This document shows, piece after piece, positions 51,201 to 62,466 of a DNA stretch of 64,000 nucleotides. Origin of the DNA: Podarcis bocagei (Eukaryota); NCBI GenBank assembly GCA_964188305.1, contig OZ076889.1; one strand, written 5' to 3'. Each line of letters starts with the position of its first letter. The stretch's first letter is position 1. Position numbers and translations under genes: made by a program. The notes beneath the pieces were generated by a model. It was not told where the DNA came from. It did not search any database and was given only the letters and a program-made list of their open reading frames with translations.

Positions 51201-53461
51201 GGCTCTGTGGTTTAGACCACAGCACCACCCACATCCCTGGTATTCCCTTCAGTAGCTTACCACAATACCAAATCTGATGTCTATAATCATCCTGCAACAT
51301 CTTAGTTCACAAGTGTTCCCATTACTTTATTCATAGCCACTTACTTTACAAGGAAACACACTATCATAGTACAATTGTAATAAACAAAATACCTACAATT
51401 CTCCAGTTCCTTTTAATGTAATTCTTGAATGTGACAGAGGCACAGACTTTGATGACATTATCTTGGGACTTCTCCAGTAGAGTTAAAAGTAGCAGTGGGT
51501 AATTCTGGTTTCCTTCAACCGACTCAAGGAATTTTTCCGCTATAAAACATTTAAATATAATGAATTTAGCAAAAAGGTTAGCTATTCCACAGTCTAAACC
51601 CCAAACATTTAACACCATTTAATACAATACCAAGCTGGTGTTTAGCATGATACAGTGAAGAAAAGGCTATTAAGGGATGGTATCCTACTAAGCCACACTT
51701 AGGGTAGATCCACTGAAATCAATTTACTTTATTCACAACCAGCTTGTTCAATACCGTTACTGTTACTAGACCTACACAGAGTATGATTTAGTTGGATATC
51801 GCCTAATATTTCTATGACAGTACTTGCAACCCCACAATTATTAAACAGCTGCAATATGGCAACTGCAAATCATTTTAGATGCAGATCAGGAAGCTGCTTT
51901 TAAATTCTGTATCTTCACAATTTCTGAAAAGGTAGCCCAATTTGGACTGTCATCTTAACCTAAATGTTGTGACTGTGAATAACAAAGAGACAAAAAATAT
52001 TAAGCCTCTCCCCTTCACTTTACTGAAAAACTTTGGCTCATATAGTATTTTGAAGTTTTTCCAGAAATGCAGAGTGCACAGTAAGAATTAGTACTGGAAG
52101 ACCCAATTTAAATGATGGGAAGTAATTTAATGAAATAGTTACATATTTTGTAAAATTTAACAGTTAAACACCAATATTATACACATTTACTTCTTTATAT
52201 TTTGCAGTGTTAATAAACTGTTTTGGATTCAAAGAACCACATAACTAGTTCCACACAGCCAACAGATGTTTAGACTTAATGTTTCTTGTACAGAAGCTCT
52301 CCATGCTGCATGACAAGCCTGTTGTGAGAGCAGTTTCATAAGCTGTGTGAGATTTGGCCTGAGGATCTGCTGTTAAAAGCGGGAGGGGGGAGTCAACAAT
52401 TCCACTAGGCAAAAACAGCACCTCCAGTAGTGACTCTTTCTAAGAGGTCAGCACAGTGTGGACCTGACCTTCAATGCAATTCAAAAGATATTTATTCAGA
52501 AGCAAATCCCAGTATATTCAATGGGGCTTACTCAAATATAAGCATGCAGAGATCACTAATTTATCTGAACAGCTAATAAATACAGTAAAGATGTGCAAAA
52601 TACACATTTGCCCCTCCTCTAGTCTTTTTGAAATTAGTTAGATTTTTCTTGAGATTTCCACAGTTACTTTGCCTAAGCAGGACCCCCTGAATTCACATTT
52701 ACTATCCTGAGTGAGACTGTGGGTACAATCAAGATAAGTAAGGCATGCCTAATGAAGCTGAAGGGACATGAAGTGCTTAAACAGTTCACTTCAACTTCAA
52801 ATCTGATTTCAGATTTCAATGCAACCTACTCTCTTTGCATCATGCCCAATCACCTCAAAGGCAGATTTCAGAATGGAACCATGGACAGTTAATATGACTC
52901 AGAAAGTATTCACTGATCCGTCATGCAGTTTTGATCGCAGGAAGATTAAAGCCAACTTGCATTTAATAATCAGTAACGTGACTGCAATTCAAAAAGCATA
53001 CAGATGGACCTTCTAAGGTTTTTTTTTGAAAGAATGTATGTCCAACTGTCACATGAGGTTTCCAGGGGTCAGCCATCCCACCCACACAACTGATCTGCAT
53101 TTAAAGTGACAGAAAGTAAAAAGAGGTCTCATTTTGACAAATACTGATTTCAGTCAGCCTGCTCCTTCAGATAAGAACATATTGAAAAAAATCAAGCAGT
53201 TTTCTTTTTCATTAATGAATGTTGTTCCAACAGTTTGAAAAACCATGTTCTGGGCCATTACCATTGATTCTGAAAAACCCAGAAAATGACTAAACAGATC
53301 TTATAATGTTTTGGGTCAAACTATCACTAGACACCATTCAATGCAGGCTCAAATTTCATATTTTTAAACTGTTTACCAGGACGCCTTATGGCAGGATCAG
53401 GATCAAGTGTCTTCTTTAAGTATTCTGTCAAAGTCTGCAAATTGGCATCACTCAGTTCCAT
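30443..53461 (-). CDS. CSE1L: Exportin-2 / chromosome segregation 1-like (CAS), complete spliced CDS of 24 coding exons, 971 aa
   Basis: All exons bounded by AG/GT with consistent phases. Lengths sum to 2916 nt (971 aa + TGA), from MELSDANLQTLTEYLKKTLDPDPAIRRP to LQGYLQAASVTLL*, near-identical to vertebrate CSE1L. Confidence 0.98.
31322..31365. repeat. (CA)n microsatellite
   Basis: Seen directly. Confidence 0.95.
31392..31623 (-). CDS. CSE1L: CSE1L exon 24
   Basis: TPLLQALIGLFELPEDD...LSTACPGR; ag/gt. Confidence 0.95.
32946..33092 (-). CDS. CSE1L: CSE1L exon 23
   Basis: MFGMVLEKIIIPEIQKVSG...DTEYTKL; ag/gt. Confidence 0.95.
33830..34030 (+). mobile_element. Older tRNA-derived CORE SINE
   Basis: gtgtggtacagtgg A-box, gggttcaaatccc B-box, CORE-like cctacttcacagggttgttgtgagaataaa. 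Confidence 0.75.
34077..34158 (-). CDS. CSE1L: CSE1L exon 22
   Basis: FLVFINLYCVRYGAIALQEIFDSIQP; ag/gt. Confidence 0.95.
34471..34632. mobile_element. Tigger-like MITE
   Basis: Perfect TIRs cagtggtacctt / aaggtaccactg with TA duplication on both sides. Confidence 0.9.
34753..34838 (-). CDS. CSE1L: CSE1L exon 21
   Basis: ESIDQYRKQIFILLFQRLQNSKTTKFIK; ag/gt. Confidence 0.95.
35007..35104 (-). CDS. CSE1L: CSE1L exon 20
   Basis: PGLLGVFQKLIASKLNDHQGFYLLNSIIEHMPP; ag/gt. Confidence 0.95.
36232..36267. repeat. (CA)n microsatellite
   Basis: Seen directly. Confidence 0.95.
36303..36511 (-). CDS. CSE1L: CSE1L exon 19
   Basis: EFIPYVFQVMSLLLE...ANAAADKI; ag/gt. Confidence 0.95.
36925..37075 (-). 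CDS. CSE1L: CSE1L exon 18
   Basis: NPSKPHFNHYMFESICLSIRITCK...EILQNDVQ; ag/gt. Confidence 0.95.
37605..38012. mobile_element. Tc2/Kanga-like MITE with GC-rich internal tandem duplication
   Basis: TA + ccgtattttgcgccccataggacgc left TIR; ends ...cgg + TA; roughly 90-bp internal repeats. Confidence 0.75.
38395..38492 (-). CDS. CSE1L: CSE1L exon 17
   Basis: AIMRSFSLLQEAIIPYIPSLITQLTQKLLAVSK; ag/gt. Confidence 0.95.
38740..38843 (-). CDS. CSE1L: CSE1L exon 16
   Basis: ITAAEMAPYTEMLLTNLFKALTLPGSSENEYIMK; ag/gt. Confidence 0.95.
39216..39352 (-). CDS. CSE1L: CSE1L exon 15
   Basis: VPKEQLLVSIPLLINHLQAESIVVHTYAAHALERLFTMKGANNTT; ag/gt. Confidence 0.95.
40352..40413 (-). CDS. CSE1L: CSE1L exon 14
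   Basis: VNEFPVLKADGIKYIMIFRNQ; ag/gt. Confidence 0.95.
41305..41389 (-). CDS. CSE1L: CSE1L exon 13
   Basis: HGITQANELVNLTEFFVNHILPDLKSPN; ag/gt. Confidence 0.95.
42366..42568 (-). CDS. CSE1L: CSE1L exon 12
   Basis: DIDTRRRAACDLVRGLCK...ASKAQTQK; ag/gt. Confidence 0.95.
43652..43717 (-). CDS. CSE1L: CSE1L exon 11
   Basis: AADEEAFEDNSEEYIRRDLEGS; ag/gt. Confidence 0.95.
44947..45076 (-). CDS. CSE1L: CSE1L exon 10
   Basis: LVSNAIQFLASVCERPHY...IVPNMEFR; ag/gt. Confidence 0.95.
45169..45336 (-). CDS. CSE1L: CSE1L exon 9
   Basis: DEEEAGLLELLKSQICDNAALYAQKY...GQEVKYDL; ag/gt. Confidence 0.95.
46103..46195 (-). CDS. CSE1L: CSE1L exon 8
   Basis: DLPEFFEDNMETW...DNKLLQTD; ag/gt. Confidence 0.95.
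47128..47235 (-). CDS. CSE1L: CSE1L exon 7
   Basis: ATIELCSTHAND...KLFYSLNFQ; ag/gt. Confidence 0.95.
47775..47865 (-). CDS. CSE1L: CSE1L exon 6
   Basis: YRHEFKSNELWTEIKLVLDAFALPLTNLFK; ag/gt. Confidence 0.95.
48029..48174 (-). CDS. CSE1L: CSE1L exon 5
   Basis: LSDAISIIGREDFPQKWPD...AHSLFK; ag/gt. Confidence 0.95.
49482..49583 (-). CDS. CSE1L: CSE1L exon 4
   Basis: IEDEPNKICEADRIAIKANIVHLMLSSPEQIQKQ; ag/gt. Confidence 0.95.
50887..51237 (-). mobile_element. Sauria SINE (Bov-B/RTE partner), full length
   Basis: (ACCTTT)n tail on minus, tRNA-like head, characteristic ggtcatgtggccagcatgac core; an internal fragment is also at about 54022-54083. Confidence 0.9.
51397..51539 (-). CDS. CSE1L: CSE1L exon 3
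   Basis: AEKFLESVEGNQNYP...KNYIKRNWRI; ag/gt. Confidence 0.95.
53377..53461 (-). CDS. CSE1L: CSE1L exon 2 (start codon; exon begins 53472)
   Basis: MELSDANLQTLTEYLKKTLDPDPAIRRP; donor gtaaac. Confidence 0.96.
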
Positions 53462-53691
53462 AACTGCAGAACCTAAAAATTTAACAAAAATTTCTATAAA
53501 AATCAAAAACAAGAACAAGAGTCATAAGCAAAGTTTCTGTATATTGCTACGTTTTTGAACCACCTGTTATACTTGTTTCCATTGCCTTCTGAAAAATCTC
53601 TCTGGAAAGTCAAGGAACCCTTGGGAACAACCACTAGAAGAAAAAACCCTACAGGCATGTATGAAAACCTCTAGGTGCACACATGCAGTTC

Positions 53692-53942
53692 GAGAGCCAG
53701 TGTGGTGTAGTGGTTAAGAGCAGTAGACTTGTAATCTGGTGAACCAGGTTCGCTTCACCACTCCTCCACATGCAGCTGCTGGGTGACTTTGGGCTAGTCA
53801 CACTTCTTTGAAGTCTCTCAGCCCCACTTACCTTACAGAGTGTTTGTTGTGGGGGAGGAAGGGAAAGGAGAATGTTAGCTGCTTTGAGACTCCTTAGGGT
53901 AATGATAAAGCAGAATATCAAATCCAAACTCCTCCTCTTCTT
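53692..53942 (+). mobile_element. tRNA-derived CORE SINE (Squam3-type)
   Basis: Same family as 12705-12963, opposite strand. Confidence 0.85.
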
Positions 53943-54799
53943 TAGTTTTAGATAAGTTACATACAACATACTTGACCATCACACAAAATCAGGAACCAAA
54001 GTGATCATTCACACACATGTACAGCATGACTAAGCCGCTTCTGGCGAACCAGAGCAGCACATGGAAACACCGTTTACCTTTCCTATAGAGGAAGTGTCAA
54101 AAGCATCCACTTGTTGCAGTTGCATGGCTCACGTTTGACCTAGTCTCCACACAGGTTGTTTGATACTGTGAAGGCCATGATGTGTTTTTTCACCCCAGAC
54201 CCACCATGACAGATGAAAACTTCTAGCTACAATTACAAACATTTTCCTGGAGAAGGTCCACCCACTGTTTAAGAAACCATTGTTGTATGAGGAGGATCCA
54301 GCCGCTGTTAACCCAGTTTACCTGCTACGAAATGCTACTGCACATCTCCTAAATAATACTGGGAGATATAAACATATTCTATTTCATACCTTTTACCGGT
54401 ATGCCGATTACCTGTGCTGTGAGTTCAGGAAATGGCCATTATTTTTTCTCAACTCCTAATTTGCAATGTGGAAATAATATGCCATGCAAAATTACCACAA
54501 ACGTTTATGGAAATCCTCTGAAATGTAACGTTCCATGCAAGCACCTAAGAATCACCTCTGAACACGTGCAGAGTGGCTTTCCCTTGCCACTGAACACCCG
54601 CAAGTCTCTTCCAAGTCAGGTTAGGAAACACCCTATTTCCGTATAAGCCTAGACCCATCACATCTTTCTGGAGCTACTAGCACCGTAGTCACTGACATGC
54701 ATGCTTACTCTTAAGTCTGCCCAGCTCCATTCAGTGGGGCTCACGCCCAGGAAAAGCACGCAGAGGATTGCAGCCTAAGCCTTGCTTTGCACCCGCTCA

Positions 54800-55700
54800 T
54801 TACACCCAGGGAACCAGGAACTACAAATCCCGCTCCCTCCGCAGCATGTGGCAGTCCCGTGGCCTCCGGGCTGAGTCCGCGAGGAGAGAGGCTTGGCCTT
54901 AATACCACGAAGGGGGAAATCGCAACGGAGAGACAGTGATTGAAAGTATATTCGGATCACACCACCTCGTTATTTCGCCCACCGGAGTGGCAGCTGCGGT
55001 GGCCAATCAACAGGGCGCTTTCGTCACGGGCTAGGCTCAAGGACCAACGGGGGGCGCGCGCAGCCCCGAAGGGGCGGGCCGAGTCAGACGCAGCATGCTC
55101 AGGTGCGCCCCCTCCCTCGGCTGGGCCCACAAGCCGAGAGCCACCCGAGGGCCGTGGAAGGCGGACCGCGGCCGCCTCCCTTCGGGGTTCCGCCGTCTTC
55201 CCCCCCCCCCTGCCCGAGTCAGGGCTCCGGACCCCCGCCGCTCAGGCGCCCGGCCTCACCTGACGGACCCCTTGAGAGAGCACGACTAGCAGCGACGGCG
55301 GCGACAGCAACTCCTCCGCTTCACATTCAAACCTCGGCAAGAGGGCGCGGCGGCGACGTAGTGACCGAATTACGCAGGGCGCCGAGCGGCCTCTTCCCCT
55401 CTCCCCCCCGCCGAGCACCAATCAGCGGCCGCCTTCTCGAAAGGCCCCAGCCAATCCCGAGCGCGAGCCTGCCCAGTCCGGGCGGGCCAATGGGCTTCGC
55501 CCTGCTCAGCGGTTTCCCACAAGGCAACGCGGCTTGGCTCAAGCCTGGCCCGGGAGGGTGAGAGCAGAAGGGCGGCGGCACGCCAGGAAGCTGGATGACG
55601 GCGCTGCTGCTGTCCTTTGGCTTCGTTCAGCTGGTGCGCATCGGTCCACCCAGGCTAACCCAGGGGTGGGTGGAAGGCAGAGCGGGACGTACGGGGACAC
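54800..55700 (-). promoter_or_regulatory. CSE1L CpG-island promoter
   Basis: CpG-rich. CCAAT at 55418, 55451, 55487 (and 55003), TTTGAA (CHR-like) on minus at 55331-55326, GC boxes, and partial SBS motif ACTACAAATCCC at 54820-54831. Confidence 0.85.
55260..55350 (-). other. CSE1L: CSE1L non-coding exon 1 (5' end approximate)
   Basis: Donor CCGTCAG|gtgagg at 55259 within the CpG island; the exon contains ggtttgaatgtgaagcggag. Confidence 0.75.
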
Positions 55701-55855
55701 CTTGTCAAGGTTTATGATGATGTCGTCATCACATTTTGAACTTCTGCCCCTGCTCTGTACATGAATAGGGAAGCTTTTAAATGTTTTTATATATAAAACC
55801 CAGTCAGGTGGTCGGAGTACAAATAAACTAATATTATTATTTGTGTACCTTCGGC

Positions 55856-56238
55856 CAGGGTTGCCACCTGTCCTGTATAATACAGGATTGTCTCGCATTT
55901 CAGTATAAAAAGCGACGTCCTGTATTGATACAGTTTTGTCCTATATTTCAGGTCTTCTCTCTGCCAAGTTAGGGATCATCTCGCAACTGCATGTGTTTGA
56001 AAGGATGTGTGAAAAAGGTCATGTATTTAAGCTCTGCGTAGCCTAGCACAGACAGATTTACAAGTTCATGTATGGGTGGGGGTGGGTTATGTGTGTGACA
56101 GATTCCAGATTCCTGTTAGGCTGCAATAGATGGTAATGGATTGCTTTGAAGTCACTTCAGTACCAGATCTTTTTTTTTAAAAAAAAATGCCCTCAACCGC
56201 CCTCCCTGTACGTTGCCAGAATAAAGTTGGCAACTCTG
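55856..56238. mobile_element. hAT (Blackjack-like) MITE upstream of the CSE1L promoter
   Basis: Termini cagggttgcca / tggcaactctg; repeated tgtcctgtat subterminal motifs; TSD degenerate. Confidence 0.5.
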
Positions 56239-57879
56239 CTTCAGACACACACATAATAGGAGCTTTTGAACGTGGATGAGGAAAGGAGATAAGTGGAAGG
56301 CTGTCGTGGGAGCGCACACGATTGACCATGACATCTAGCTCGTGTTTCCATCTGTGCTAGAAAAGCTTTGGTGTCTGTGTATCACTGCTGCCAGCTGCTG
56401 AGCGTAACTGGTATAGCACCTTCCACCCTTTCCACAGGGACCCCTCCATTCAATCCACATGATTTCTGCTCATGATGCTATTGCGGCAGTTATATGCAAT
56501 CCCACTTTCAATACTTGTTGTGCCAGCAGAAGTTTTGGGGTAGTCATACTGCTTCGTTTCTAGTCCCTGCATATCCTGCTGAAATAATGTAACTTCATGC
56601 TGTAAATGTGTTGCATTTTTTATTTTATTTTTTTGGTCCCACGTTAGTTGCCCTGGAGCCCCTCTGGACAGCAGTAATGTGGTAGTATTGGGGAAGCATC
56701 ACAGAGTAACTAATAAAGCAGAATAAATCCACCACTAAGGCATTATTATCATTATTAGCAGTATACACCTGCAGGAAAACACCAGACCAGGATGGGCTTT
56801 TCTTTACAATGAAGCTTTCAGAAAGCTGCAATAAAGCTTTCAGAACTAGGACAATTGTACACCATATGTTGGCCCTGGGTGGCTACTGGGTACTAGCAAA
56901 GCAAAATATTCACTATGCTTATATTCCATTCTCTTGGAAAGCTCTGAGTGCTTTATATGGATGGGGCAACCAGGGTTCTGACCAGATACTGCTCATGTGC
57001 ACACACAGCAGCTTAACTTCAACAATGCTGCAGGCGTCACATGCTCACTTTGCAGTGCTGTAGTCAGCAGACACTTTGAAAACAGGACTGAAATATTTAA
57101 CTTCCAGCTACCTGCTGCACGTTGCTACAAATTTTATACATACAAAAAGGACAGATGAACATGACATGTAGTTGCATGCAACTATTGGCCCTGGTTTATA
57201 TTCATTCATTCATTCATTTGATATATATATATATTTAAAAACTACAGCAGCAGAGGTTGCAATCTTCCTTGGAAGAGCAGCAGCAGGGGACTGAATGGTT
57301 CTGAAAATCACAACTACTTTTTCTCTTGAAAAGGAAAAAGATGGTAGAACTGGTGCACTTTTGTCCATGGGCAAAACAGTTTACAATAAAATTATGTAAA
57401 CGTAATTGTACATGTTTATACCAGGGGTATCCCTTTACAGCAGGTGTAACTAATGTGGGGTCTTCCAGATGTTGTTGAACTCCACCTCCCACCAGCCCCA
57501 GCCACCACTGGGGACATTAGGGGAGTCTGACACACTGCAAAGTGCTGGATAAGTAGATCCTTGTGTTGCAACTACTGACACCACACATAGGGAAGATCCT
57601 TGAATAGAAATCATTGCTATGAACGTATCATTCTTGACTGGATTGGGTGACGCATAGCAGGCTGTTCCATCGATCTGCCGGTATTGGAACACACTTTGGC
57701 TGGTTCCAGACAAGGCGTTTACTGTGGAATGAGTGGGTCTCATTCACTCAAAATTTTACAAGGGGAAGTGGACCAGACGGTATCAGGCATGTTATACCTG
57801 TGTTTTCCTCTATAGTATCACCCCATCCGACTGGATACAAATAGTTGATGTAAGCTTGAAATCATTACATTTGAAAAAG

Positions 57880-59575
57880 AAAGTTTGTTTTTAAACTTTT
57901 ATTTACCACCTGATTAAAGCATGGAATACAACAGTATTATACATAATATTTTTATGTAAAAAACTTTACATAGCTTTTCATAATTATATAATTATTCTGC
58001 TATTCTCTCAAAAATGTATACATCCATCGGGCAAGGAATGCTTTTCATTAACTTAATGATATTAAATGCACTTCATAATAGAAGATCTCTTAAGAAAAAA
58101 AGTAGCTTGTAACTAATTTTAGGCATTTATATAGGTAAAACATTTTGCACAAAGTATATTTTATTTAAAGTTGCAAAGAGATATTCTGGACAAAATGTCA
58201 AGACATTTAGGAACTGCACCTCTCACAAATTGTTTCAAGCCAAGGATCATATCATCTGATTAAATGTTAAAATAAAATTGGGGGGCAAATTTCACTGGCC
58301 ATTTTACACTGGCTTACGTTATCTTCAAACACAATTGTGCTAGTGGTAAGCAAACTATCCTTATAAAATGCAACACACAAAGATTTAAGCAAACTTTATT
58401 CCATCAACTTTGCTCAAAAAATAAACCAGCTTGTGTGCAAATATGCAGGCTTAAGACATTTGAGCCTCGGTTTGAATTTATACTACAGACCTTTAACATA
58501 CAGGAGCTGTACTGGACTTTTGTTCTATCTCTGGTTTAGAATTTAAATAAATAAACTTAACTTTCAGAATTGGGTGCAAAAATAATAATAATAAAGCTCC
58601 ATAAGACAACCCTCGAACCCTTCAGGACATCTGTCTATGTTAACTGTTTTTCCTCACCTGTTTACTGTAGAGTGCGTCTTCCAAATATTGACTACATGTA
58701 GATTTGTACATCTTGTCAGACTGTATTCTACACATTTTACTGTGGCATAACTTACTTCCATCAGTTTAAATGTCTCCAATTGTAAGAGTGCTCTGTGGGC
58801 TACTGTATGTACAATGCTGGACAGCCACAGTTTAAAGAGAATATGAGCAGGCTTTGTGTGTTCTTATCTCCCTTCTCCAGTTCCTATTCCTGCTGCACCA
58901 TTTCCCAATTCATAGTTTAACAATGTGCCTGCATCAGCAATAACCAGGGTTAATGCTAACCAGAGTTTACATCTTAAAACTGTTTGAGAAGCAGGTCTGC
59001 AACCTCTGGTTTAAGAGGAAACCTGATGACTGTTAACCACGAGTGCAGACAGTATAGTGGTAAAGCTAAACCATGGTTAATGTTGATAAGGACAGAGGGT
59101 AGGAATTCATACTAGAAATGGGAGGAAGGGGCCTGTGTTTTGCATGTGTCCATGGGTCACTCCTGATCTCTAAGTTATGGTTAACGGATGGGCAGAAATA
59201 TGTACATAGGACCTTACACAAACCTCTAATCCTACATTGGATCCAAGACACAGAATTCTGCTGCTGACCTGTACCAGCTGAATCAAATTTCATGTGGATC
59301 GAAGGAAGTCTATAGGAGGTACTGTGTTTAGTCTGCAGAATCTGCTCCATGATCTGCACTCAAATGAATTGCTGTGAAAGCAGCCGGAGAGAATTTCTAT
59401 CACTGTTATGATTGTCTGTGGAGTTTGGTGCTGACAAAATGGAAAGGTACACTGAAGCCCATAGCCACTGCAAGAACACATCCAGACATTACATGTACAA
59501 TATCAATCTCCACAGATCTAGTACACACACACTTTCAGGAACATCTGGAGTAAGGCTATTATGGAGTCTCTCTCT

Positions 59576-59617
<42 letters not shown>

Positions 59618-62193
59618 CATATGGTAATCTAGATCCCCGCCTCCGCCCCTCCAAGTGTCATTAAATTAAAGTTCAGCAATTTGAAAATGTAACTGTTGAC
59701 TGCTAACAGCTTACTGAAGGAAACGAAGTCATTTAACACTAAGGCTTTAAAAGGTTCTAAGTTGTATGATCAGAATATTATCTATAAGCTAAGATCTCAC
59801 ATATAAAGCTTCTTCATATTATTTTACATTGCAAAGTTCTGGAAGATACTATTACAGTCCCAAGGGTATTGCACTTCTCTTTCAGATTCTGAAGCAGCTG
59901 TAATGTTGCCATGCTCTCTTAATAAAAGACAAACAGCTACAACTTTGAACAGGTAACACTTGACAAAACGGGGTGGAGGCCAAGCTGCATTCATACAATG
60001 TATTAATAGCAGAACCATAGCAGTGGAAAAAATAAACAGCTCAATTAAAGAATATGTCCAATTAAAGAATATGTGGATGTAAATTTATATATTTATAAAC
60101 AATAAATGACTTGGTACACAGTGAAATACATATCTATGATGCAAACTTAAAAGTTGAAATTTCTTTCAGTTTTGAAGAAAGTCAGACTATTGTTTTTTTC
60201 ACTGTGGCAAAATGCCACCACAATCTTTTAAAATAAATTACTCACATTTCTGTCAACGTACTTCATATGAGACAAATGCTGCAGCTCTTATGCCAAAAAA
60301 TTCTTTGGTAGAGAAATTAAACGTCAGAAACTGTTCTTACTTATATTAATGACCAAACACAAATATAAAACAAAATTAACTTGAGATAGAGAAAGAGAGC
60401 ACCAGTATTTAATAAAACAAATCCAGCCGTCAATTCTGGTTCTCCAAAAACCGCAACAACTTTGGTTGAGCTAAACAGCCAAACTCAATTTACAAAGCAA
60501 AAAGTTCCAAACACACTGAACCCCAATCACATTTCAACTCGGGCGTTATCATTTTCAATGGAACTTCAGGAATGCTTGCTTAGGATTGCAGCCAACCAAC
60601 TACCATTTCCCCACCCCCAATTAAGTTAATACTTTTACCATTCTTATTTGCAGATATGGGTAAGTACAAAATATGCTTAATAATACTCTTGCGCTTGCAT
60701 TTTTTAATATATATACACATTTGGACGGAAACAATTCCCTTCCTGCCCTCTTATGCAAATCTTACACTCATATCGGAGAGTTGAAATACAACTAAACAGG
60801 TTCTAGCCTGCTATACCTTACAAAACTATTTCCTCTACTAGGCCAAGAATACTAAGACATGGTCTTACAAATAAACAAAACAACTCTACCCCCCCGACCC
60901 AAAGTCAGTAGAGCCAATAGAACTGCACTGATAAAATTGCAAGTTTGCTTCCTATTGCCCCTAACAAACAGGATTTCGTCACAAGTACATGTGCACTTAT
61001 ATTAATAAATCAAGTGGTCCCAATAGGAACCAGACTCTTCGCCCTCATACAACTATTGACAATAAAGTACTAACCAAGCCATTAAAAACAACCGCAACTC
61101 ACAATTCTGCAATAAAAATAGAAATATCTTAATGCACATTAAAGATAGACTGCTTCTACCAAAATGTTAATCTATATATTATTCAAAAGGGGAAGGGCTT
61201 GACCAGCTGCTATACATTTTAATTCATTCAATGTGCAATTCAAATATTAATTCGAAAGTTTCATTTTGCCATTTCCTCCATACGAGTCAAGAATCAGAAG
61301 AATTTTCAAAGATATCAAGCTTCGTGGTGCATTCAAGGCATGGGAGATTTAGTAATGGGATTAAGAGGCTCATGTGTAATGGTTTTCTCCGGCTACATTT
61401 GGTGGGGGGGGGGGTAGTATTTCCTTTGCAATACTGTATACTGCAAATTATCTTCTTGATACAGATCTAGTATCAAGGGTATTTACTTATGATGAAAAAC
61501 AATGAAGGTCCAGGCCAACACGATATGCCGCAGTTCTGGGAATGATTTACCACACACGTTCTGCAACATGTAAGTTGGCAGGGAGGGTGATGAAGATCAA
61601 TATCTCTTTGGATTCTTGCTAGGTTGTTGGTTATACTACCGCCCAACTGCCATCTCGCTATGACGTTGCAGAATAGACAGCACCAAATCATTAAAACAAA
61701 AAAGCACCCCGTATTCACACAGAGGTTGAATCCACCCAAATGGGGGCGTGGGAGACCAGATGTCCCAGCATGATTTTCGGATGAATTTTAGCCCTCTCTT
61801 AAATATTTATTAATACATTTGCTAACATTACAGGCCTATATGAATATATTCGGTATTATCTCATTTTCCATTCATTCATCATTTCCAACAGATTATGGGC
61901 AATTAGCTGAAAGGCATTAAGAAGGAACCATTGCAAACAACAGATTTGAAGACACAAGCTTTGTGATAAGAACGACTTGACATTTACTGCATTAAATTGC
62001 AAAATGCTCAACAGCTATTCTTATAGGGAAGCCAGATTTTTTTTTTTTAAAGGAGACAGTTTTCCTTTAGAAATGCTATTATTTTGATCTGTTCCAGTGG
62101 TTGTTTCATCTTCTTTGAGTACAATCTCCCTCTCTCTGCATCCATTCTTTGAACTTAGCACAACTCAAGCTTTGGGAAAGAGCAGTGATGGAG
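57880..62193 (-). other. ARFGEF2: Probable long ARFGEF2 3' UTR (distal end uncertain)
   Basis: AT-rich and nearly free of transposons after the stop codon; AATAAA on minus near 58394, 58160 and 57903-57898. Confidence 0.55.
59567..59616. repeat. (TC)n(CA)n compound microsatellite
   Basis: Seen directly. Confidence 0.95.
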
Positions 62194-62420
62194 CTACCAT
62201 GCAAGCGAGTGGGTCCCCGTCGTCCGCAACTGTCCTTCAGGAATCCAGATTTTGAATACTACACCTATGCGCAGGAAAAACTTCCGCAGTACCGCTCGGA
62301 GCTCTGGGATAAGGTCAAACTGCATTATCTCACACAAGTAGGGGTAATATGTTGAAGCATGTGCTTTGAACTTGGAAGACAAAAAAAGGGGGGGGGAGTG
62401 AGATTGTTTTTAAAAAAGCA

Positions 62421-62466
<46 letters not shown>

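Noticed and set aside
30443-53472. U12-type or non-canonical introns, or pseudogenising lesions, in CSE1L
   Set aside because: All mapped introns are GT-AG with no GTATCCTT donor, and the reading frame is intact at the expected length.
54940-55898. ORFs across the CSE1L promoter
   Set aside because: Same CpG-island artefact.
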